From positions 12,944 to 76,943 of the forward strand of contig CAWGUL010000008.1 of NCBI GenBank assembly GCA_963825905.1: DNA of 64,000 nt. The letters are read 5' to 3'. Positions within the stretch are counted from its first letter, which is position 1. Each line of letters begins with the position of its first letter. The notes under the pieces are model-generated. The model saw only the letters and a program-made list of their open reading frames with translations. It made no database searches and was not told the DNA's origin. Origin of the DNA: an uncultured Chloroflexia bacterium. Lineage in GTDB: Bacteria > Chloroflexota > Limnocylindria > QHBO01. The position numbers and the translations under genes were made by a program. Below are positions 1-8,117 of this stretch, in pieces.

Positions 1-1573
1 CGAGACCTTCCAGCCGCTCGTCGAGATCGAGCGCGGCGAGCGCCGCGATCGGCAGGCGACGGCCGGCCACCGCGCCCCGCCGGGCGACGAGGCGGGCGTC
101 GGACGGCAGGTCGTCGAGCTGGGCGGCGTAGATCGCCTGCACGGTCGCCGGCAGCGCCACCGCGTCCGGCTGCGCGGCCAGCCGCCACGCGTCCCCGTCG
201 CGGACGAGCGTGCCGACGCTCGCCCAGGTCCGCAGCAGCTCCTCGACGAACAGCGGCGTGCCGTCGGAGCGCTCCGCGACGGCCGCGACCAGCTCCTCGG
301 GGAGTGTCGCGCCGACAAGCGCGTGGACGAGCTCGCGAGCATCGGCCGCCGGCAGGGGCACCAGGTCCAGCCGCTCCCCGCCGTCGCACCACGCGGCGGC
401 CGTCTCGAGCAGGCTCGGCCGCGCGGTGGCGACCACGAGCCGGCCGTGGGTCGTGGGCGAGCGACCCGCCGCGTCGAGAAAGGCGAGCAGGTCGCCGCCG
501 GCCCAGTGCACGTCCTCGATCAGCCACGCGCTCGGCCCACCACTCAGCGCGTCGAGGGCGGTGATCCACGCGTCGAAGCGGGCGTCGCGCTCGGCGGCGA
601 GGTCGCCCCCCGCTCCCCCAACGGCGGCGTCCGGATCGACGAGCCGCGCCACCTCGGCGCGGATGACGGCGGCACGTGACTCGGACACGCCGACGTCGCG
701 GAGCGCCCTCGCCAGGTCGGCATCGCCACCGAACAGCTGCGCCACCGTCTCGTACGGCGCGGTCGCCTGCGGTCGCACCCTGGCGCGGAGGACGGCGGCG
801 CTCCCCACCGAGGCCGCGAATTCGGCCAGCAGCCGGCTCTTCCCCACCCCGGGCGGCGCGACGATCACCAGTCGCGCGGCGGATCGCGAGCCGGCGGCGG
901 CGGCGAGCGCATCGGTCAGTCGCTGGAGCTCGGCCGACCGGCCGAGCATCGGTGCATGGAGGGCTCCGAGCGCCTCCTCCCGGCTCGGGTGCGAGCGCGC
1001 GCCGATCGCCTCCCACGCACGGACGGGCTCCACCTTGCCCTTGAGCTCCAGCGGACCGATGGCCTGGGTCTCGATCGTCTCCGCCACCGTGAGCGCCGTC
1101 AACTCACCGATGAGCACCGTCCCGGGCGTCGCGGCGGTCTGGAGCCGCGCCGCGGTGTTCACCGTGTCGCCGGTCACGCGGCCCGCGTCCGGCCCCCCGG
1201 TGGCGTGGACGACCTCGCCGGTGTTCACGCCGACCCGCAGCTGCAGGTCGTCCGGCTGCAGGCCCAGCCGCGCCCCGATGCCCTCGATCCCCGCGATCAG
1301 CGCCAGCCCGGCCCGCACGGCGCGCTCGGCGTCGTCGTCCCTGGCGCGCGGCGCGCCGAAGACGGCCATCGCCGCGTCACCGATGAACTTCTCGACCACG
1401 CCGCCGTAGCGCTGGATCGTCTCCCGCACGGTCGAGAAGTACGCGTCCTGGACCGTGGCCACGTCCTCCGGATCGAGGCGCTCGCTGAGCGGCGTGAAGC
1501 CGACGATGTCGGCGAACAGGACGCTGACGAACCGCCGATCGACGCTTGGCGTGGGCGGATCGGGCGCGGGCAT
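1..1573 (-). CDS. Class III adenylate/guanylate cyclase domain fused to a P-loop NTPase (STAND/AAA-like) region; the C-terminal part lies beyond the left edge
   Basis: Absent from the ORF track because there is no stop inside the window. My translation of the minus strand from ATG (cat at 1571-1573) gives MPAPDPPTPSVDRRFVSVLFADIVGFTPLSERL..VEKFIGDAAMAVFGAP..LRVGVNTGEVV..VTGDTVNTAARLQ (cyclase class III motifs), then LVIVAPPGVGKSRLL (Walker A). Confidence 0.85.
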   Translation of the reverse strand, partial: MPAPDPPTPSVDRRFVSVLFADIVGFTPLSERLDPEDVATVQDAYFSTVRETIQRYGGVVEKFIGDAAMAVFGAPRARDDDAERAVRAGLALIAGIEGIGARLGLQPDDLQLRVGVNTGEVVHATGGPDAGRVTGDTVNTAARLQTAATPGTVLIGELTALTVAETIETQAIGPLELKGKVEPVRAWEAIGARSHPSREEALGALHAPMLGRSAELQRLTDALAAAAGSRSAARLVIVAPPGVGKSRLLAEFAASVGSAAVLRARVRPQATAPYETVAQLFGGDADLARALRDVGVSESRAAVIRAEVARLVDPDAAVGGAGGDLAAERDARFDAWITALDALSGGPSAWLIEDVHWAGGDLLAFLDAAGRSPTTHGRLVVATARPSLLETAAAWCDGGERLDLVPLPAADARELVHALVGATLPEELVAAVAERSDGTPLFVEELLRTWASVGTLVRDGDAWRLAAQPDAVALPATVQAIYAAQLDDLPSDARLVARRGAVAGRRLPIAALAALDLDERLEGL

Positions 1574-1627
1574 GGTCCGAAGCGTACGCGGCGGGGCAAG
1601 GCGGCTCGTGCGTCGCGCCTACGCTTC

Positions 1628-1805
1628 CGCGATCAATCGCGGAAAGGGCACGCGATGGTGGTTGCCGGCCCGGTGTGGGCGATGAATCGCCGGCTGGTTC
1701 GCACGAGCCGCGCCTACGCGCCGGCGCCACGCTGCCGACCCGACGATGGACCGCCGAGACTCAGCGGGGACGGAGCGCCAACCGCGGTTCCGGCGATGAA
1801 TCGCC
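1628..1805. promoter_or_regulatory. Array of three 14-bp palindromes (SGCGAT-NA-ATCGCS) upstream of the cyclase gene; candidate operator sites
   Basis: cgcgatcaatcgcg at 1628-1641. ggcgatgaatcgcc at 1678-1691 and at 1792-1805, where the 16 nt ggcgatgaatcgccgg are identical in both copies. All lie in the non-coding gap 1574-1818. Confidence 0.4.
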
Positions 1806-1818
1806 GGAACGCGCCCGC

Positions 1819-2277
1819 TTACGCCGCGGCGGGATGGATGATCGGCAGCACCGGCGCCGCGTCGCGGGTCGCCAGCCAGAGCCGAATCCCGAGCAGCACC
1901 TGGACGGACCCGACGATCAGGTAGACGAGCTGCAGCCACGACGGGAAGTATCCCGGACCAGGATCGCTGAGCGTCCAGCCGACCACACCGATCTCGACGA
2001 GCTCGAAGATGATGATCCCGGCGCCCACCACGACCGACGCCACCGCACCGAGCCACGGGCGCCGGAGCACGGCGAGGAAGGCGGCCGTGGCCAGGAAGCC
2101 GACAAAGCCGAGCGCGATGGCGGGGATCGTCCAATCGGTGAACGGCCCGGCCTTCAGCCACTCCATCGGCATGGTCGGGACGACCAGGAACGCACCGGCG
2201 ATGGCGCTCACGGCGAGGAAGCCGTCGAGCACGAGGAGGCCGATGCGAGGAACCGAGCGCCATGACATGGCGAGCAC
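1819..2277 (-). CDS. Hypothetical integral membrane protein (about 4 TM segments)
   Basis: 152-aa ORF with hydrophobic helices (IGLLVLDGFLAVSAIAGAFLVV, IPAIALGFVGFLATAAFLAVL, AVASVVVGAGIIIFELVEIGVV, LQLVYLIVGSVQVLLGI). No family recognised. Confidence 0.6.
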   Translation of the reverse strand: MLAMSWRSVPRIGLLVLDGFLAVSAIAGAFLVVPTMPMEWLKAGPFTDWTIPAIALGFVGFLATAAFLAVLRRPWLGAVASVVVGAGIIIFELVEIGVVGWTLSDPGPGYFPSWLQLVYLIVGSVQVLLGIRLWLATRDAAPVLPIIHPAAA

Positions 2278-2487
2278 CTCCGTACAGCACGACCGGCGTA
2301 CCGGTCAATCCCGAGCTTGGCCCTGCAGACACGCCCGCCACAGGGTCGATGCGCACCTTCTCGCGGTCCGGAGGTCATCCGTCGACGGTCGCCACGGACG
2401 GGGACGTTGGCACTTGACGGGGCACCATCGCGTACCTAGGTTCCGAGCGTGATCAGCGCAGATCGGACGGGGCCGCCGGAGGGCACG

Positions 2488-3204
2488 ATGCCCGGGCTGG
2501 CGATCGAGGCGACCGACGTGCGGAAGCGGTTCGGATCGGTCCAGGCGCTCGCGGGCGTGACGCTCTCGGTCCCGACCGGCATGGTCTACGGCCTGCTCGG
2601 CCCGAACGGCGCGGGGAAGACGACGCTGATCCGCTCGCTGGTCGGCCTCGTGAAGCCCGAGTCGGGCGAGCTCCACGTGCTCGGCCGACGAATGCCCGAC
2701 CGCAACGTGCTCGAGCGGATCGGCTACATGACCCAGGCCACCGCGCTCTACACCGACCTGAGCGCGGAGGAGAACGCCAGCTTCTTCGCCGCGGTCCACG
2801 GTGGCGGCGACGTCGAGGCGGCGCTCCGCTTCGTGGACCTCTGGGAGCGCCGGGCATCGGTCACGAGCACGCTGTCGGGCGGGATGCGGACGCGGCTCTC
2901 GCTGGCCTGCGCGCTCGTCCATCGGCCAGATCTGCTGCTCCTCGACGAGCCCACCGTCGGCGTGGACCCGCAGCTCCGCGCCCAGCTCTGGGACGGACTG
3001 CGCGAGATGGCCGCCGGCGGGACCACGATCATCGTCAGCAGCCACGTGATGGACGAGGCGGAGCGCGCCGACCGCCTCGGCCTCATGCTCGACGGCCGCG
3101 TCCTCGCGGAGGGCACCGTCGCCGACCTCCTCGCCCTTGCCGGGACGGATCGGCTGGAGGATGCCTTCCTGCGCCTGTCCGCCAACGGACGGACGGACCG
3201 ATGA
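2488..3204 (+). CDS. ABC transporter ATP-binding protein (ABC-2/DrrA-like)
   Basis: Walker A GPNGAGKTT, signature LSGGMRTRLSLA, Walker B LLLLDEPTVGVD. I prefer the ATG at 2488 (GGAGGG 5 nt upstream) over the track start at 2449. Confidence 0.9.
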   Translation: MPGLAIEATDVRKRFGSVQALAGVTLSVPTGMVYGLLGPNGAGKTTLIRSLVGLVKPESGELHVLGRRMPDRNVLERIGYMTQATALYTDLSAEENASFFAAVHGGGDVEAALRFVDLWERRASVTSTLSGGMRTRLSLACALVHRPDLLLLDEPTVGVDPQLRAQLWDGLREMAAGGTTIIVSSHVMDEAERADRLGLMLDGRVLAEGTVADLLALAGTDRLEDAFLRLSANGRTDR

Positions 3205-4319
3205 GCCTGCGGCGCACGTTCGCGATCACCGGGCGCCTCATGCGCCAGTTCCGCCACGACCGCCGCACGCTGGCGATCCTGTTCGTGACGCCGCTCCTGG
3301 TGCTGGCGCTCTTCGCGGCCCTCTTCCGGACCGATGCGCCCGTTCCGCGCGTGGACGTTTCGTGTCCCGGGAACGCGCCGATCGCCGTGGCCATTGCGAC
3401 CGCGTTCCACGACGACAGCCGCATCTACGTCGAGGACGCGTGCCTTCCAGGTTCCGTCGGTCCGCCCGCCTACCCGGCTGGCACCCCGAGCGCAGCGGTC
3501 CTGTCAATGCCGGCGCCCGGCAGCGACGGCATCCTCCGTCCACGGATCACGTTCCTGAATGGCGACCAGCGCGTTCCGCAGATCGTGACCGCGGCACTCC
3601 AGCGTGCAATCCTCGCTGCCGCGACCTCCGCCATGGCCTCGCTGCCACCTGGCGCTCCACGCCCGCCGGTGGTGGAGCCGGAGATCCATCTCTTCTACGG
3701 TGACGCATCACTCGATTCGCTGGACCTGCTCGGGGGCCCGTTCATCGGTCTGCTGGTCTTCCTGCTCGTCTACGTCGTGACGAGCGTCTCGTTCCTGCGC
3801 GAGCGCTCGGCCGGGACCCTGGAGCGGCTGATGGCGTCGCCGCTGCGGCGCACCGAGATCGTGGTCGGCTACATGATCGGCTTCACGATCGTGGCGCTCG
3901 TCCAGGCGGCCGAGGTGCTCGGCTTCGGGCTGCTGGTGCTGAAGCTCTACAACGCCGGCTCGGTGTTGCTGATCTTCGGGCTGGAGGTGCTGCTGGCGAT
4001 CGGGGCGGTGTCGCTCGGCATCTTCCTGTCGACCTTCGCGCGCACGGAGTTCGAGGCCGTCCAGTTCATCCCGCTCGTCGTCGTCCCGCAGGTCCTCCTC
4101 TCGGGGCTGCTCGTGCCGGTGAGCGCGGAGCCGGGCTGGTTGCAGGTCATCTCGAACGTCCTGCCGCTCACCTACGCGGTGGATGCGCTGCGCGAGGTGA
4201 TGCTCCGCGGGGCGGGACTGGATTCCGGGCTCGTCCTGCGGGACGTGGCGGTCCTGGCCGGGTTCTGCGTGCTCGTGATCGTGGCCGCGTCGGCAACGCT
4301 GCGGCGGGAAGTGGCGTAG
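3201..4319 (+). CDS. ABC-2 type transporter permease
   Basis: ATGA overlap with the ATPase stop. Large N-terminal loop followed by 5-6 TM helices, typical of ABC-2 permeases (FLRERSAGTLERLMASPLRRTEIVVGY). Confidence 0.8.
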   Translation: MSLRRTFAITGRLMRQFRHDRRTLAILFVTPLLVLALFAALFRTDAPVPRVDVSCPGNAPIAVAIATAFHDDSRIYVEDACLPGSVGPPAYPAGTPSAAVLSMPAPGSDGILRPRITFLNGDQRVPQIVTAALQRAILAAATSAMASLPPGAPRPPVVEPEIHLFYGDASLDSLDLLGGPFIGLLVFLLVYVVTSVSFLRERSAGTLERLMASPLRRTEIVVGYMIGFTIVALVQAAEVLGFGLLVLKLYNAGSVLLIFGLEVLLAIGAVSLGIFLSTFARTEFEAVQFIPLVVVPQVLLSGLLVPVSAEPGWLQVISNVLPLTYAVDALREVMLRGAGLDSGLVLRDVAVLAGFCVLVIVAASATLRREVA

Positions 4320-4406
4320 CGGCGGTTTCACGCGCTGACTGCCGAGCAAGCCCTTGACCGGCGGTGCAAGGATGGTGGTCGGCCAGGCATCGCATCGGAG
4401 GAGCTC

Positions 4407-4889
4407 GTGACCGCTACCGCCTCGACCCGCACCTACGCCGGATTCTGGATCCGGGTCCTCGCGTTCCTGCTCGACGGCATCGTCGTGAGCGTCATCGCCG
4501 CGGCGCTGTCGCCCGCATTCGGCGCGCCGGTCATCACCACCGTCGGCCAGGCCTCCGGGGCCGGCGTCACGATCACCTACACGAGCGGCGCCGCCGGGAG
4601 CCTTCTCAGCTTCCTCTACTTCATCGGCTTCTGGGGATTGCGCGGCCAGACACCCGGGATGATGCCGTTCCACCTGTCGATCGTGAAGCTCGACGGCTCG
4701 CGGCCAAACCTCATCGAGGCGCTGCTCCGCTATGTCGGGCTGATCATCTCGTTCCTGGTCATCCTGCTCGGCGTCATCTGGGTGGCATTCGACGCGCGGA
4801 AGCAGGGCTGGCACGACAAGATCGCGGGCACCCTCGTCGTCCGCGACGCGCCCGGTGCACGGGCCATGGTCCCGCCGCCTCCCGGCTGA
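4407..4889 (+). CDS. RDD family membrane protein
   Basis: YAGFWIRVLAFLLDGIV.., ..RGQTPGMMPFHLSIV.., ..KQGWHDKIAGTLVV match the RDD domain pattern. GTG start with GGAGGA 4 nt upstream. Confidence 0.8.
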   Translation: MTATASTRTYAGFWIRVLAFLLDGIVVSVIAAALSPAFGAPVITTVGQASGAGVTITYTSGAAGSLLSFLYFIGFWGLRGQTPGMMPFHLSIVKLDGSRPNLIEALLRYVGLIISFLVILLGVIWVAFDARKQGWHDKIAGTLVVRDAPGARAMVPPPPG

Positions 4890-4892
4890 GGG

Positions 4893-4955
4893 GTAACGCG
4901 GCGTCCCGGGGAGCGGGTGACGCGGCGCCCGGAAAGCTGGCCACGCGGCGTCTGG
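4893..4955. repeat. Three direct repeats with core ACGCGGCG at a 23-24 nt period in a convergent intergenic region
   Basis: gtaacgcggcgtcccgg (4893-4909), gtgacgcggcgcccgg (4917-4932), gccacgcggcgtctgg (4940-4955). Confidence 0.5.
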
Positions 4956-5172
4956 CGAGCGACACCCGCGGAGCTCTAGCCATGGGATGGCTCCAATCGA
5001 CACCACCTGGCCGAATATGCATCCCGTGGCTGGGAGGGCCACGCTGCGGCACGTGCGCTTGGCGATCTGAGCCAGGTGGTGGCTAATCCCCGAAGCAGTC
5101 GCCAATGCATCCATGGGGTGGCTACGCGAGGCCACGCGGGACCATCAACGCCCGAACGAGCAGCTACGGCAG

Positions 5173-5979
5173 CTACGGAACCAGCGGCACCCGCGGGTCC
5201 GGCGTCATTCCCTCCCACGCGGCGTGCACGAAGTCGAGCGCCGGGTCGAAGGAGCAGGCCATCGTCCGCCGATCGCCGGCCAGCGCGTTGAGGTAGTAGG
5301 CATCGTCGCCGTGGGTGGCCACGAATGGGTGGTAGCCGTCGACCACCATCACCGTCTCGCCATCACGCACCGCCCACAGCCCCTCGACCGAGCCGCCGTA
5401 GAGCCGCTGCACGCCCCACGCTGACGGGCGCCGGAATCGGTAGGCATAGATCTCCTCCAGCACGGCCTCGCGCGGCATGTCATCGGTGTCGTGCTTGTGC
5501 GGCGGCCACGACGACCAGTTGCCCGACGGCGTGTAGACCTCCACCAGCTCGAGCCGCCGGGCCGGGAAGTGCGGGGTGATGATGTGGTTGATCTGGCGGG
5601 TGGCGTTGCCGGCACCCCGAACCTCCACCGTCACCTCCTTCGGACCGATGAGGACCGGCTCGGCGCCGGTCGGCTCCGCCGGCGCGTCCGCGATCGCCAG
5701 CTCGACCGATGCACCGAGCGGCGCGACCTCGACCCGGCACCCTGCCGGCAGGTATGCGGCTGAGGCGCGACCCTCCCAGACCGATGTCCGCCCGGGCAGC
5801 TCCCGCTCGCCGATCCGCACGCCGCCGCCGCCGAGGACCACGAGCGCCGTCTCGCGCTCGGCGCTGCCGTACGTGGCCGCCGTTGACAGCGTCACGACCC
5901 GGAATGAGAGGTAGCGCCAGCCGGCGCGCTCGGGCGTGACCGCCTCGCCCGGCGCGAGCCGCAGGTCGTTGTCGCTCAC
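5173..5979 (-). CDS. iolB: 5-deoxy-glucuronate isomerase
   Basis: C-terminal 269 aa of the 383-aa track ORF look like IolB (..RYLSFRVVTL..GAGNATRQINHII..WPPHKHD..EEIYAYRF..DDAYYLNALAGD). GTG at 5979-5977 overlaps the upstream stop (GTGA). The track's N-terminal extension is Arg-rich and overlaps the transaldolase gene. Confidence 0.8.
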   Translation of the reverse strand: MSDNDLRLAPGEAVTPERAGWRYLSFRVVTLSTAATYGSAERETALVVLGGGGVRIGERELPGRTSVWEGRASAAYLPAGCRVEVAPLGASVELAIADAPAEPTGAEPVLIGPKEVTVEVRGAGNATRQINHIITPHFPARRLELVEVYTPSGNWSSWPPHKHDTDDMPREAVLEEIYAYRFRRPSAWGVQRLYGGSVEGLWAVRDGETVMVVDGYHPFVATHGDDAYYLNALAGDRRTMACSFDPALDFVHAAWEGMTPDPRVPLVP

Positions 5980-7058
5980 GCCAGGAGCGCCTCGCCGACG
6001 AGGTGGAGCAGCTCGTGGTAGCTGGCGATGAAGGCACGCAGCGTCTTGACGCTGGGTCCCCAGGTCGCGAATTCGTCGACGGCCAGGCCGTCCGGCTCGT
6101 AGGCGCGGCGGAAGTCCGGGAACGCGTCGCACAGCGCGCGGACGTGACGAGGATCGACCGGGTCGTCGATCCGCGAGCGCACCTCGACCGACGAGGCGTT
6201 GAAGCGCCGCTGCCACGCGGCGGGGAGCGTGATCACCACGTCCCCGCCGATGAGCTGCGACCAGTGGTAGTGGTGCCGGATGGCGGCACCGAGCAGCCGA
6301 GCTCGGAAGCCGCGAGTCCGCCACTCCGCGACCGCGCGCTTGAACACGGCGACGCCGGCCCAGGGCAGCGCGTCCGGGTCGACCGTCACGCCCTCGCGTT
6401 CACCCGCATCGCGGAGCCAATCCTCGAGGCGGCCCATCATGATCGTGATCACCGGCCCCATCGCGTCGACCGATTCGCCGCCAGCGGCCCGACGGACGAG
6501 ACCGCGCTCGACGGCCTCGGCCGCCGCGATCGCCTGCGGGACGGAGAAGCTCACCGTGGCGTTGACGCTGATCCCGCGCGCGGTCGCCTCCTCCATCGCC
6601 TCCACCCCCGCCGCGGTGGTCGGGAACTTCACGATGATGTTCGGGGCGAGCGCCACGAAGCCCTCCGCCTGGGCGACCATTCCGGCCGCGTCGCGGAACA
6701 GGGTGGGATCGGTCTGCATCGACAGCCGGCCGGCGTGCCCGCCCGAAGCCTCGAAGGCCGGCAGCAGGAGCGGCGCGGCGACGACGCTCATCTCGGCGAC
6801 GATGGCCCACGCGAGCTCGCGCTCCGACCAGGTCGGGTGCTCGGCGGCGAGGGCCGCCACGCGATCGGTCCAGCGGTGAGGGTCCGTCCGCCAGTTGTCG
6901 ACCACGATGGTGGGGTTCGCGGTCGCGCCGACGGCACCGAACGAGACGGCGTACGCGAGCTCGTCGACGTTGCAGCTGTCGTTCCAGATGTCAGTCGCGA
7001 AGCCGGCGACGGTGCGGCCGAGCGGCGTGTCGGCGAGGGGCGGGGCGGGCAGGGACAT
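5976..7058 (-). CDS. Transaldolase-family protein (class I Schiff-base aldolase/transferase fold)
   Basis: 360 aa. TDIWNDSCNVDEL.., GATANPTIV, and NIIVKFPTTAAGVEAMEEA with the family Schiff-base Lys in VKFPTT. Confidence 0.8.
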   Translation of the reverse strand: MSLPAPPLADTPLGRTVAGFATDIWNDSCNVDELAYAVSFGAVGATANPTIVVDNWRTDPHRWTDRVAALAAEHPTWSERELAWAIVAEMSVVAAPLLLPAFEASGGHAGRLSMQTDPTLFRDAAGMVAQAEGFVALAPNIIVKFPTTAAGVEAMEEATARGISVNATVSFSVPQAIAAAEAVERGLVRRAAGGESVDAMGPVITIMMGRLEDWLRDAGEREGVTVDPDALPWAGVAVFKRAVAEWRTRGFRARLLGAAIRHHYHWSQLIGGDVVITLPAAWQRRFNASSVEVRSRIDDPVDPRHVRALCDAFPDFRRAYEPDGLAVDEFATWGPSVKTLRAFIASYHELLHLVGEALLA

Positions 7059-7068
7059 CGTGGCTACT

Positions 7069-7560
7069 CTACCCGCCGGCGGTGCCTCCGTCGCCCGGCC
7101 GCGGCTGGACCTCGACCATTCCGGAGCGCCACGGCGCGGGGTCGAAGTAGGGCGCGAAATACGACTCGGTGCGGTAGACCAGCCCGTCGCGAATCTCGCC
7201 GACGTTGAGGATCATCCAGTGCGAGCCGTCGGGATAGCGAGCCCGCGAGATGCCCGTGAAGTTGTCGCCCTCCCCGTCCACGCGGACCACCGTGAAGATC
7301 GGCGTCCGGACGAACCGCTCTTCACCGCCCAGGAGGCGATCCCTGCCGAGGGACTCGACCCCGCCGGGGTAGCTCTCGATGATCGCGATGAGCTTGTCGA
7401 CGCCGACGGTGAGCTCCCCCGACTGCGGATAGAGGTCCCGGAAGTCGGGATGGGCGAGCGCTCGAAGCTCGTCCATGTCGCGCCGCTGGATCGCCTCCAG
7501 CCAGCGTTCGAAGACGGCGCGGTTCGAGGGCGGAGCGCCGCGGTCCTGCGTGCCGCTCAT
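7069..7560 (-). CDS. NTF2/SnoaL-like fold protein
   Basis: Internal ATG at 7560 (ATGA overlap with the upstream stop). NRAVFERWLEAIQRRDMDELRALAHPDF.. is a typical SnoaL-like N-terminus. The rest of the 398-aa track ORF is Arg/Ala junk. Confidence 0.6.
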   Translation of the reverse strand: MSGTQDRGAPPSNRAVFERWLEAIQRRDMDELRALAHPDFRDLYPQSGELTVGVDKLIAIIESYPGGVESLGRDRLLGGEERFVRTPIFTVVRVDGEGDNFTGISRARYPDGSHWMILNVGEIRDGLVYRTESYFAPYFDPAPWRSGMVEVQPRPGDGGTAGG

Positions 7561-8117
7561 GGGGCGGTCCGCCGCCGTGGCTCGGCCACCGGGTCGCGCT
7601 GCTCCGCCAGCGCCCGGGCCTCCTCGGTCGAGAAGGCACGGGCCCGGAGCACCTCGAGCGCCTCGTCGTGCGCGGCCAGGATCGCCTCGAGCAGCTGCCC
7701 CCGGACCGCAACCGGCAGCTGCGCGTCGCCACCTGCCTGCTGGTAGCCCGCATGCGTCATGTAGGCGGACACGATCGTGCGCAGCTCCCCCGCCGGGAAG
7801 AGGGTCGCCAGCTCCGGGAGCAGCCGCTCGAACGAGCTGCGGTCGAGCGGCGTGAACGAGCCGAGATCGCGCGCCACGAGCACCGCCACGCGGTTCACGT
7901 CGAGCTCGAAGTACACCGCCCGCGCCGCATTCCGTGCCTGCCGTACGAACTGGCGGCGCTGGATGTACATCCCGACCACCAGCCAGCCAACGACGCCGAC
8001 GAATGCGCCGATGACGCCCGGGACGAGCTTGTCGAGTTCCACGGTGCGCGCAGTCTCCGGCACGGCGGCCTCGTCCGCAATCCCTCGCCGGCGGCCGATA
8101 GAATCGGGCCATGCCAT
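7557..8117 (-). CDS. Hypothetical single-pass membrane protein
   Basis: 186-aa ORF with one TM (VPGVIGAFVGVVGWLVVGMYI) and a helical C-terminal region. Start uncertain. Confidence 0.45.
   Translation of the reverse strand: MAWPDSIGRRRGIADEAAVPETARTVELDKLVPGVIGAFVGVVGWLVVGMYIQRRQFVRQARNAARAVYFELDVNRVAVLVARDLGSFTPLDRSSFERLLPELATLFPAGELRTIVSAYMTHAGYQQAGGDAQLPVAVRGQLLEAILAAHDEALEVLRARAFSTEEARALAEQRDPVAEPRRRTAP

Noticed and set aside
210-1409. 399-aa plus-strand ORF at the left edge
   Set aside because: It is antisense to the cyclase-ATPase gene, whose translation shows clear catalytic and Walker motifs. The plus-strand product is Ser/Ala/Arg/Thr low-complexity.
5980-6324. N-terminal 114-aa extension of the iolB ORF given in the track
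   Set aside because: The extension is Arg/Pro/Ala-rich and fully overlaps the 3' end of the transaldolase-family gene in another frame. A GTG that forms a GTGA overlap with that gene's stop gives a normal-length IolB.
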